Shown one piece after another: positions 27,136-39,700 of a stretch of DNA of 64,000 nucleotides; the stretch's first letter is position 1; each line of letters opens with the position of its first letter. The notes under the pieces are model-generated. The model did no database searches and was not told where the DNA came from. It saw only the letters and a program-made list of their open reading frames with translations. This DNA comes from Eledone cirrhosa. Lineage: Eukaryota. Position numbers and translations under genes: made by a program. The DNA lies in the NCBI GenBank assembly GCA_964016885.1, contig OZ024758.1, positions 9,052,001 to 9,116,000 of the forward strand, in the 5' to 3' direction.

Positions 27136-28606
27136 GTAATTCATTCATATATATTAATGGTGAATGGCAGGTATATTTGTTGTATGTTTAAAGTGTTGAA
27201 TTACTGGTTTAGAAGGCAAATTTTGTAACAAAAATTGTATTGGGAATTGGGGGTAGAATTGGTAGACGTTTATCAATCAATTTAGAATGGATTCAAATTA
27301 AATCCATTTGACTGATTGCTAAACCTTCTTTTTGTGAAAATTTCTATGGGTTCCTGCTCCTTTATTTGAAATGGCTTAGCTTGAATCATTGGCATTATAA
27401 ATTGTGTATAAAAGCTCTTTATTTTACAGAAAGTCTTGCATCATTAGTGCCACTATCATACTGTCTCTTCTCATTGCATCTCTTACAGCTAACATAATAG
27501 ACTTTGATTTTCAGACAAGCTGATAAAAATGAAAAACACTTTATAACTATAATATATTAAATGTCATGGTAATAGTCTGTCTTAACCCCCCCCCCCTCCT
27601 TAATTTTCTAGAGTCTGCTCATCATCCTTATCATTTAACATCTGCTTTCCCTGTAAGAAGAGGCTGCGCAGGTTGTCAGCAAATCTGATTGTTTTTTAAG
27701 CAGTGTTACTGATCCCCGCGAATGTGCTGGGAATCTGTATTTCGCTTACATATGTTCCTGCACTCTACTGATTGCTCAGATGGACCGGCTGCCCACAACT
27801 CCCTTATATTCGATCCTGTGCACTGCTGAGTACATTTTATCAAGGCACCAGGTTGTCATGTCTTTAACACAGCTGAAGGGTCCTCCTGTCTCTTTGTTTG
27901 GCAGGTTTTCTATGACTAAATGCAGCAATGACATTTTACGCCTGCTTTTTCATGCTTGCATGTGATGGACAGGCCCTCTCTATAACAATGTCCCTCCATT
28001 GTTGTGTTCCTTTATTATCTCTGCATTGTTGTGTTCCTTTATTATCTCTGCATTTATTACCATGCAACATTATACAGAAGTGCCATATAGCCAGCCTTTC
28101 GTTTTAAAAATGAAAATGATCAACATAGATCAGAAGGAACAATCTCTCTAATGCTGATACTTTTGACAAGGGTAGTTACACCATCTGTTTTTAGATTATT
28201 TTGTGTTCCTTGGGCACTTTTTGTTAAGTTCCTTCTGTTGTAACACTCAGAGTAGACAGTTTGAAGAAAACAACAATTCTTGATGCACTAGTTGCTCATA
28301 AATGTCCTTTGCTTTGTCATGTCATTTTCTGTGCTCTCAGTTCAAATTCTGCCATTGTTCTGGGCTCAATATAATTGACTTTGCTAAAATTAGAAACCAT
28401 TATATCCACATATGGTCATTCATTTACTGCATCACAACTATATTTTATAGAATAAAGTTGTAAAGATATTATTTTAAGAATATTTGTTTTCATCAATAGT
28501 CATATGATTTCATAATGTGTGTGTCAGTTTATCACATCTATCTTCATATCGATGATGCTAGAAGCAATATTATATGTTTACAATTCATATAAACAACAGC
28601 CCACAG

Positions 28607-28854
28607 CATAGCAGTGAACAGTTTAACACAAGTGTAATAGTATATACCATAGCAGTGAACAGTTTAACACAAGTGTAATAGTATATACCATAGCAGTGAA
28701 CAGTTTAACACAAGTGTAGTAGTATATACCATAGCAGTGAACAGTTTAACACAAGTGTAGTAGTATATACCATAGCAGTGAACAGTTTAACACAAGTGTA
28801 GTAGTATATACCATAGCAGTGAACAGTTTAACACAAGTATTGTAGTATACCATA
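28607..28854. repeat. 41-bp tandem repeat x6
   Basis: Unit catagcagtgaacagtttaacacaagtgtartagtatatac. Confidence 0.95.
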
Positions 28855-28913
28855 ATTATATAATAAAGGATGGGTTGTCTTGAGGAAAAACTACCTCATA
28901 AAGTCTTGTTCAA

Positions 28914-29022
28914 CCTTGAGTCGACCAAAGCCTTGGATTGACCAAAGCCTTGGGTCAATCCAAGCCTTTGGGTTGACCAAAGCCTTGGGTTGACCAATGC
29001 CTTGGGTTGACCAATGCCTTGT
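28914..29022. repeat. ~17-bp tandem repeat x6, SINE-derived
   Basis: ccttgggttgaccaaag repeated, then running into the SINE body ccttgtgagtg...gatggaaact. Confidence 0.8.
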
Positions 29023-30589
29023 GAGTGAAAGTGGGGAGATGGAAACTATTTGGAAGCCTGTTGGATGGACTTTACTTATAATTCAAAGGGACAGTCTTGT
29101 CACAGACAGTGACACGCTTAATCTCCCTGAGAATTATGCTCAGCCACTTACATGTTAATTTCATGAGCAGGCTTCTTTATTGATTGAACAACTGGAACAC
29201 TGATTGTCGAAATCAACATCAATCCATTCCACTTCCCTGCTATAATTAACAAGATTCTGTTCTAAATTTGGTTGAGGCCAGAAGCAGCAATCTAATATCT
29301 CTGCCATCTACACAGCTGAAGCTAGTTTTTTTCTTTCAGATCTCAAGGATCCTTGAGGCTAGGGTTTCCATAGTGTTAACCCTTTAACATTCACATTATT
29401 CTATATATACTATTATATTTTCATGGTAAATGCTTTACCTCACATAATTACCTCACATAATATTGAATCTATGAGATTTTGAAAGTATTTATTTTGAGAA
29501 CAATACCTTAACATCAGTTTGAGCGACCAGTTACAGCCAGTTTCAACAGAAAGAGGTAGAGAATTCTGGCCAGTTTGAACATTAAAGGGTTAAGTGGATC
29601 AAAGACAAATCTCCCTCTAGATATTGCAGTTACGTTATTTATTTGTAGGAAGGAAGGGAAGAACTGAGCTTGTATTTACAAGCCCATGACTAGATACCAT
29701 TGCTTCTGTTTGTTATGGTGATTATACCACATATGACATTTACTTGGAATTAAGATGAGCTAATGAAATAATTTTAACATGGTCATTTGACCTGCTAGAA
29801 ATAGCAGCGAAATTTCTTTGAAATTGCTCCCTAAAATCTTTTTAAAAAAAGATAACATTAGATAATACAGTCCTGAATACTTCATGTGTGTGTGTGGTGG
29901 GGGAAATATTGGTATAGGCTGTGACATCTTTGATCATATATAGGTCTGCTTGATCTGCACTGAGCTAGGGCTAAAAACCAATAACTTTTGATTAAATGGT
30001 GTTGGCTGTTGAGCAAAATGACTATTCTATTTAACTTTTAACATCCTGTACCACATAAATCTACATTAACAAGATATTCTTGAAGAGTATAAAACAGCAC
30101 TATAACTGCATCATCATTATACGTCCTTTTTTGCTTGCTTGCATTAAAAATGAAAGTTTTTATCTGTATATTGACTGTGAGGTCTGCATTTAGAATACAG
30201 AAAATCTTCACAACAATCTGTCCATTAGTAAAGATACTATAAAGATGTGAATTAACAAAGTCATTTAAAAATATTTTCTGCTGAACTGTTACAGGAAATG
30301 TTGTATAAGAGTTAATATGGTCATCCATATTCTTCCAACGCAGTAGGGAAATTATTTAAGTTAATATGGTTAATAGAAAACCCTCCAGACAGTCCTATGC
30401 GAGCAAGACAACCACTCTTGCCTCAAGTGGGAAAACTCCCGTCCAAACCCATGCAAGCGTGGAATATGGACGTTAAACGATGATGATGATGATGATGATG
30501 ATGATGGTCATCCATACTTTTCCAATTCCAACGCGATAGGGAGATCATTTAAGTTGATATGATCATCCATACTCTTCATTCACACTTTT

Positions 30590-30948
30590 CTAATTTCAAC
30601 ACCATATGGTCATCCATACATTTCCTATTTCAACACCATATGGTCATCCATACATTTCCTATTTCAACACCATATGGTCATCCATACTTTTCCTATTTCA
30701 ACACCATATGGTCATCCATACTTTTCCAATTTCAACACCATATGGTCATCGATACTTTTCCTATTTCAACACCATATGGTCATCCATACTTTTCCTATTT
30801 CAACACCATATGGTCATCGATACTTTTCCTATTTCAACACCATATGGTCATTGATACTTTTCCTATTTCAACACCATATGGTCATCCATACTTTTCCTAT
30901 TTCAACACCATATGGTCATCCATACTTTTCCTATTTCAACACCATATA
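30590..30948. repeat. 34-bp tandem repeat x~10
   Basis: Unit accatatggtcatccatacttttcctatttcaac; diverged longer copies at 30315-30370 and 30503-30590. Confidence 0.95.
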
Positions 30949-32296
30949 TAAATCATTTAAGTTTTGACTAGGTTCAAATGAAAAACAATCATAGAAATAA
31001 AAAGTATATCAAACCATTGAATAATTATGAATCTAAACTTATTTACTTATCCACAATATCCTATACAGCTCATATCTCTTAAACCCTAACCCTAACACTT
31101 TTGGTTATATATATATCTATTTATTTCTGCATATATCTGTTTATGTATGTATCTGTCTGTCTGTCTGACATATAAAGAAATCAGAGCAAATGGTCACAGA
31201 AGTCCACACACTCAAATATACCTGTATGATTAATGTATAAACTTTAATACTTCCTTGTTGATACAGTAGAATCACATATAGCGAGAGGGGAGAGGAGAAA
31301 GAGAGGATCAAATACAGATTGCGTGAAATACTAAGACAGTGAGTGTGACAGATAGTCTGGGAGAGTTTCACTATGTGGTCAACTAGACCTGCTAGCAGTG
31401 TTGTGTGTCTAAACCTGTATGAATGTGAATTTATCAAAGGTGATAAATTATGATGATCTCATTTTATTTTGGGTACGTGAGGTTGTCAATGCTTTATTTA
31501 CTGGAATAATAATAAAATAATTTTACTCTTGAGATACTTCAACTGGTAACTAATTGAGGATTTCCTAAAATGAGAAAAATGTTTGACTAAAAAAAAGATA
31601 ACTTCAACATAATCTCCACCTTCAAAAATGTATCTTTGCAGATTTCATTAAAAAGATTTATTATTAATAAAGTTCTGAGGAAACAAATTCTTTGAAAGGA
31701 AGTGAGTCACTAAATGATAAAATTCTACCTGTAATACTTGCTCAGGTCTAAGACTGACTCAGGCTGTCACATTTCCTCCAGAACAATCAAAATTACTTTT
31801 TTAAAATGTCGACCTAAATAAATTTCACTATTCATAATAATGTTAATTGAGGAAAGTCAGATTTATGAACATGTGCTCAACTTACCTACTTTCAAGGAAT
31901 TTAATTTGGTTATAACTTCATAACATAAAATGCTTGCTGAAACACATTTTCTTGCTTATAATATTATATATATATGAAGAACATTTTATGAAGTAGGTCA
32001 GGCTAATTCAGTTTGGCTCCAGCTGGTGTTAGACAGCCATCTTGTTGATCTGTGGTGCTTTGTCATCACTGTAACAAATTGTGACACAACAAAAATAATA
32101 AGTTTTGTTTGTGTGAACCTATGTGTAATTTATATAAGTATATGTATCTTTATAACCCCAGCAGCACAAAAAAACAAGAGCTGTTAAAAAGGTGGATGAA
32201 CTCTTCAGAGTCAACAGCCTTCTATTCCAACTATAGGTTAAATAGCCTCACCAACCCGTGGTGAGGCTACACAACATGACCAAAACCAAAAGCGTT

Positions 32297-32468
32297 GCAG
32301 TCACCCAGGGAGGGCTTTCTTCAATATGAGTGAGAAGGCAGTCACCCAGGGAGGGCTTTCTTCAATATGAGTGAGAAGGCAGTCACCCAGGGAGGGGTTT
32401 CTTCAATATGAGTGAGAAGGCAGTCACCCAGGGAGGGGTTTCTCCAATACAAGTAAGAAGGCCCCTGG
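32297..32468. repeat. 41-bp tandem repeat x4
   Basis: Unit gcagtcacccagggagggctttcttcaatatgagtgagaag (starts at 32297, 32338, 32379, 32420). Confidence 0.92.
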
Positions 32469-34544
32469 ATTGTACTGGATATATCCTTATAGATATGTGT
32501 TTGGAAGGAGGGGGGGGGGGGGGGGCAATATGCTAAAATATATTTAAAAACCTTCAGTAAATGTTTGTGAATCTTATTTCGCATGTGAATGTAATTTTTA
32601 TTACATTTAATTGCATTTAAATTCATTTAGTTTGTATTTTTAGTTTACATTCACTTCCTTCCTAACAATGTCACATTTATTTCTATCTTTTCACTTTTTT
32701 TACAGAATAGAATTAGGAATTTGCCAAATTCATCATTAAATACTGTATTCTTTTATATATAACACACACCCCCTTTTGGCCAGTAAAATGTCTGGAAAAG
32801 CCTAGTTTTGCTGTATAAACATTTAGTTATGGTGCATCTACTTTGTATATTTCAAACATTCGTGTAAAATATTAGGACAGGGTATTTTTTTACAGATGAC
32901 TATCATGTCTTTCCCTTGCCGCTCTCTCTAATCCTAATCTTTCTATCAGTAAGTAGGTTTATACACATAAGAGACTGTTATTGCTCCAATCAGTTCACAA
33001 ACACCCCAAACCAAACACCAACTTGTACCTATGACTCCTGCCAAACCACACCACACTCACCTTCCAAATTTGGCAATTCAAACACAGACCGCCTATCTTC
33101 TCAAACTCAGCATCCATAACCAGACCACAATAACCACCAAATGGAGAACACAGATGTTATCAAGCTCCCTAGGTTGATTGATAAATTAACATGATTGTAT
33201 ATCCTATACACCTTACTCCATGCCATTAATAAATATTTTCATCATAATTGGTTAGAGTGTTGGATCATAGGTTTGGTTCCTGGACCAGGTGGCACATTGT
33301 GTTCTTGAGCAAGACACTTCATTTCATGTTACTTTTCATGATAGGACTAGAGTCCCAAAAATTAAAACACCAGAAACACCTCATGGGAGGCTAACTAAAC
33401 ATGTATAAACACAGGAGGGTAACTAAACATGTATACTTTGTCTTCTAAAGTTGATCACATTTACAATTCTAAATATCTAAGATTTCTAATAAACACTGTG
33501 TTGTGCATAAATATTTATTATTTAATTATGTTGCCAAAGAATACACACTATGCCATTTAGACTGGCTATTTCAGTTAAGTTCTGGTTTGTGTTTGATATA
33601 AATAGCATTTGACTTTTCGTAGATGGAATGATAATGCTGCTTGTTTTCTGATCATAATTCAACAAGCTATGAAACATATAATCACAATCTCTTATTTTTT
33701 AGTGAATGAATAGAATAACAATGTTTTTCACACATGTTTAAGTTTCCACAGTAGTTAACTTACATTAAATTCATCTTTGTATGCAGGTATGGCAAGCCAC
33801 ATACGTTCTAACCATTAGAAAAAGCAAAATGAATGCTTCACCTTCGAAAGAGAGAAATTTATCTTAGATTTACTAAACAATTGTGTTTAGATATTGCTTG
33901 CTATGATTTTAACATCTCAGGAAAAGTGCTCTTAAAACTGGAAAGAAAAACTGATTAAATGTTTCAGAGACCCCAGTTAATTTTCAATAATTAGCAAATA
34001 ACTATCAAGAGAAATCAAGTTTTAGGAGATTCATATTCAATATTCAACCGATTTCTGTTAGTCACCATTTAAAAACAATGTTGACCTATAAGTTAGGTAT
34101 GTTAGATTAATGGGTACATTTTACTGTTATGTTTTTTCAAGGGTGTGAGTATTTATATGTAGGACCCAGTAACTGGTTTTGCTGCTCAATCAGCAAACAA
34201 AATATTAAATAAATGAGAATGATGATGGTGGTGGTGGTAAGTAGAGTGTTGGAATCATTTTATCTGTTACAATTACTGGATTGCTTACTGTTCAGGATTA
34301 TCAGCCCTACTGTTACAATTGTTTAGGTTAAGTTTTTGAACTTGTAACTATTTAGACAGACTTTGTAGTTGAAATTTATTCTTATTTGCATGATTAAATG
34401 TTTAGTAGAAAAACAGCTAATTTTGTCTTTAATAAATCCTGATTTCTAACATAAGCATAAAACCACACATATTTTTCTTTTTTTGGTGGGGTATTTGTCA
34501 ATTTAATAGGCCCTGATTACCTGATTATTTGATTGATAACATTT

Positions 34545-35048
34545 TATCAATCCATGAGTATGGATAATTATCACTGGGTGAAGAAATGCCAGGAAATCTC
34601 AGCTGAAGGAAGCCACAGTAGAGGTAGACCAAGGAAAACCTGGACAGAGGTGGTGAGAGCTGATCTCAAATCACTGAGACTCACAGGGGAGATGACAAAG
34701 AAACAGGTCGATTGGGGAGATGCTGTGCTGAAAAAGACCTGTCCAACCCAGGCAAGTGTGAAGAAACAGACATAAAAACGATGATGATGTCTCAGCAGTG
34801 GGGTGTGGTATGAAGTATATTTCCTGTGGGGAATAATTAGCATAGAACCTGTGTAGCTTCCATCGGTTAGCTGAATTGGGAGAAGTATTTTGTAGTTGGA
34901 ATATGGAATATTCGTCATCTCCTCAGATTGCTGAAGCTCACGGTGGAGATGACGAAGGACCGTGACAAGTGGAGAGATGCTGTGCTGAATAGGACCCATC
35001 CCACCCTTGCAAGCAGGGAAAAGCGGACGTAAAATGATGATGATGATG
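34545..35048 (+). mobile_element. Two 3' ends of an RTE-type LINE with (ATG)n tails
   Basis: WVKKC..EGSHSRGRPRKTWTEVVRADLKSL; two tails (aaacagacataaaaacgatgatg and ggaaaagcggacgtaaaatgatgatg) of the kind shared with the local SINEs. Confidence 0.7.
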
Positions 35049-36079
35049 TTGCTTTGATTAGGCAATGTTCAGTCATTGTGGCTGGATAAAGAAAGAGGTA
35101 AAAAATTATTTGGGGTGCCGATATATCAGTTAAAGATGTCTATATGTGAGAAAAACTCTGCAATGCTGTGTTATTATGGAAACAGTGCGAGAGGCAAGAT
35201 AAGTTTTATGTATGAAATCAGGATAGATAATGAGTTCAGACACAGATGAGGTGAGGGTGTCCTGAGTTGTTGATGGTTGGATGAGCTGAGTGGAAAGCAG
35301 TCAATACTTCATCATCATACATCCCTTTTCCATACTGGTGGGGGGGTTGTCATGGTGTGTGACCGACAGGTTGGATTGGACAACCAATTTTTCTGCTTAT
35401 GTTCCATATTTGGCATGGCTTCTATGACTGGATGCCCTTCCTAATGCTAACTACATTATAGAGTGTGGTGGATGCATTATTTGTGGCACCAGCACTAGAG
35501 AGGTTGTCATACATGCCAGACTCTATATTGTCTCCAATCACCAGACACTGTAGCCTCCAATCTCCACATTTACTTTTAGTGTCACAGTGCCTGTATGGGT
35601 GAACGAGTTTTTTCATTATAGCATATCCCTTGTCCACTCTGTTGTGTGTCATCTTTGTGGGATTCAGTTGCTCAACTTTGTCATATATCTTCCTTGGTTA
35701 TTCTCTTCTACAAGTTCCATCCACCTCAAGCACTTTTTTAAGTACAACTTTCATACCAGATTTAATTCTTCTTATACAAAGTGGTAATTTTGGTGTCACA
35801 ACAATGTCCAGTCCACACTGTAATGTGGTCGTGTAGGTGACACGACAAAAAGCGCCCATTCCACACTGTAAAATGGTCATTTTGGTGTCCTGATAAAAAG
35901 CTCCCAGTCCACATTGTAAATGTGTTTGGCATTAGGAAGGGTATCCGGCTGTAGAAACCAAGCCAGAATTAGTTCTATATGAGCAAGACACGGTTATCTG
36001 ATCTGGTTTGTCTCACAATGTAACAGCTCATCTAACCCATACTTGCTGTGAAAATGGACGTTAAATGATGATGATGATG

Positions 36080-36760
36080 ACACAACTTTTCTATCAGTTC
36101 ACTTTTGCTGTTGTTTCTGCACACTGGTATTGCACATCCAGCAAAGCATACCTGCCTTATTTCTTTTTAGCTGTTGCAAATCTTCTGCATGCAAGATGCA
36201 CGTCTCATTGCCATGCAACATTGCAATTCAATCACATGTATCATATCTCCTTCACTCTAAACGAGAAACCCTTTATTGCCAGCAGAGGTTACATCACACT
36301 GTTCTCACTTTGGCTACAACACCTACAGTACACCTACTTCCACTACTAATGAGGTCACCTAGATAGCAAACTAGTCCAGTGAATCTTCAGAACATCTGAG
36401 AGTTTATCTTTTGAGTAACCTTACTGTTGACTATTTCTCTGCATCTGCCACACATGAAATCTACCTTCTCTGTCAGCCTGCTTGTGATCTCCCTACATGT
36501 GTCCACAGCCTAGGCACACCATATGGAATTCCTACCTATTCCTTTTCTACATATTGAGCAAGGCCATTTCCCTGTGACCTTCATAATCTAATCCAACAGT
36601 TTTCTGCCTTGATAATTTCCTCACTCTGGTACCAGTCATTAGGTATGACACTTCTCTGTATTATCTGATTAACTATGTGTGTGACCATCTTGTCACCTAT
36701 TCTGCTTGATAGTTTCATCATCTTGCCAACAATCTCTGATGGACCAGCTACATTTCTTAC
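36080..36760 (-). mobile_element. Old RTE-type LINE fragment (EN-RT linker); related remnant at ~53940-54560
   Basis: AGPSEIVGKMMK..IVNQII..IPNDW in ORF 36581-36973; heavily decayed. Confidence 0.5.
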
Positions 36761-39700
36761 CTTTACATCCCTAACTAGCTGAGGTATCCAGCTTTGCCCA
36801 GGTAAACAGAGAAGACCGGTAGAAAAGAAAATGACTGTATTGGATGTGTTTTCTCGTTTACAGGCGAGACAGTGATGTGTGTGTGTAAAAACAGTAAAAA
36901 AATCTTCCAGATACACCAGATTCTTCATTTTACCATTCGTGCACAGTGTGTGAAGATTTCTAGGTCTTGCCACCCATGAACAACCTACATTGGTCTATTT
37001 GGGGTTAACCCTCCTTCTCCCATACATTCTCTTCATTCGAAAACTTCTTGTAGTAACACTTCCTTCAAGAAAGTAGATAATTAACCCTTTAGCATTTACA
37101 TTACTCTATATATATACTGTTATATTTTCATGGTAAAGGCTTTACCTTGCATAATTATCTCACATAATATCAAATCTGAGATTTTGAAAGTACCTATTTG
37201 GAGAACAATACCTTAACATCAGTTTGAGCAACCAGTTACAACAGAAAGAGGTAGAGAATTCTGGCCAGTTTGAACATTAAAGGGTTAAGGAAGCGAGAGC
37301 CTCTAAGCCAAAATAACTGGAAGTCTTTTTGTGGAGGTAGAGGGGGGGGGGGGGGGGGGCAATCAAAATGAATGATGGGAAAGTGTTTCTAGGTAAGCAA
37401 GCACATACACGTTAATTGAAAAGTAACTCAGGCAGCTACGATTAGTTAGATATACAGGATCTGTAGTTTGCATGGTGTAACGTAGAGGATTGAAAATTGT
37501 CCAACGGCTATTGCTTCTGTTATCTAATCCACATTTAAGCAATAACTCATATTAATTTACACATTCATTTTATAAACTACTTGTAAACATTTTGTCAGTG
37601 GTTGATGCTACAGAATGATCTTACAAAACACGTGTGGTTGAACTCACAAAGTTGGCTTAAAAACCATTGATAATTACATAAATATGAAAAAGAAAGATAA
37701 AAACAAAATTAAGTAATGAGAAAAGGGGGGAGTGGTAAAGAAGGGCAGATCTGGCTGTACGAGAAAGTAGAGGAAAGTACTATAAATGCCATAAATAAGA
37801 GGAAAGGGAAGGACAAAGCAAGGACTCTCGGGCCACAGAAGAAAGGGGTTGATGGCCTAGGGTGAGGCGGTTTGGGGGCTGCACCCCGCGGAAACTAATA
37901 CTTTTCTTTCTTGGGATTTATTTTTCTATGCGGACGTGAGTTGGACATTTCTGTAAATTTTTCACTTGAATAGTTACACAAGAATTAATTAATAAAATAA
38001 GTCAATCACTTAGTTACTTTTGTTAGATTCATCAATGTGACTAAAGAAATGTCTTCTCTAGAACTACAATAGAATAACTAGCATTTTAACTTCAGGTTCA
38101 TTTTCATAACATATTGTTATATGGGGGATTGTCAGTATCGGTAGAGTGACGAACATGCTTTGCGGTATAGAGTTACGGCCCTTCACGTTCTAGGTTTAAA
38201 TTTTGCCGAGGTTAGTTTTGCCTTTTATCGTTACGGGGTCGATAAAATAAAATACCAGTAACGCACTGGGGTTGATTTAATCGACTTTTCCTTCTCCCAA
38301 AATTGTTGTCTTTGTGCCTAAATCAGAAACCATTATTTAGTGTTGATCATTTTCACAGGATCTAATCACCAAATTCCTCAAGTATGTCAGCCATTGTTTA
38401 GTGACTCAACTCGATCATATACTCATCGTTTTTATATCAGCTAAAATGACTCCCACATTATTTTCCATACATAGCATTTATGATATGGCAATATCTTAAT
38501 TTTGTATTGTCATGTTTCGGGTTTCAGATTAGATCGGAACCAACTTTGATGATATGAACTATTCACGCATAGCAGAATCGGTAGAGCGTATATGGTTACG
38601 TGTTCCTTTACGTTTTGAGCTCAAATCTTACCCAAATCAAATTTATCTTTCATCCTTCTTATAAAATAAGTACTCAAGTCAATTTTGAAGGCGGTGCCCC
38701 CGACATGAACAATCCAATGACTGAAATCGATAAAAAGAATATTAAACTTATCACTATAGCGAAGATGAATTCTCTCAAATAATGTGCCTTCTGCTGAGTC
38801 AGCTAGATCATTCTGTTGCACATCTACTTATTTTAAAATCAATATTCTTCCAACAATAATAAATGGCTTGTTTCTTACAACTTGCAAATAGTCCTATTCG
38901 AATTTTAAATAAAATATCAGTTTCTTTTCCCTTGAAAATATTTCATCGTCACACTATTTTCTCGTATTTAATAATGAAATTCGGAATATAAAACTAATTG
39001 AAAAAAAAAAAATTATAAAAAGTAACACATTAACATTTTTACTACGAGTTACGGTGATTTCTTTTTCCATAAAGCTAGTCATATCTTGTTTTCTCGCCTA
39101 CACCAGTTTCATTTATTCTATTTGTATGCTTTCTATCTATAAGGATGTTCGATTCAGCATAGAACATGTTAAAAGCTTACAAAAAAACTGCTTCAGGCTA
39201 CACAATTTCAATGTATTCATAGCTACATCAGTGCTGCCATCTTACCAATTAACACATAATCATTTGTGAGTTTAGGTTAACTGTAAAAGGAAAGAAAATA
39301 TCTAGCAATGTAAGTTAAACCAAATATGATTCTTGGAAACATCTATTGTAATTGCCTATTTATAGCCTTAGTATAATTTAGATATACGTCAAATACTGGA
39401 CTTGGGTGGTTCTGTTGGTTATGAAACAAAGACATAAGTGGTGAACATGATGCCATATCTGAAAATACAGAGTAATAACGAAGAAGTACCAAATGGTTTT
39501 TATGGTTAACCTGATAAGTTACAGTTGCACTAAACTTATATTCCAAGTTTGTATGGGAGAAAGTTGATGATTGGTCTTGTTGCTTCAAATTAGAATTAGT
39601 GCTTTTATCTCATATCCACAATATCTTTTATACAGTGGTGAATAAATAATAAAAGAATCGAGTGAAATAAAGTTGGTTTTTAGTTGTAATAAATAATCAC

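Noticed and set aside
27136-27228. Extension of ORF 27034-27228 beyond YIQ
   Set aside because: Read-through past a strong CAG|GTAATT donor; homology resumes at 63922.
30559-30967. Three overlapping ORFs
   Set aside because: Artefact of the 34-bp tandem repeat.
31082-31096. Telomeric-type CCCTAA repeats
   Set aside because: Only two units; likely chance.
38528-38560. Possible acceptor giving IRSEPTLMI* after exon 4
   Set aside because: Weak pyrimidine tract, close to a SINE, and no other support.
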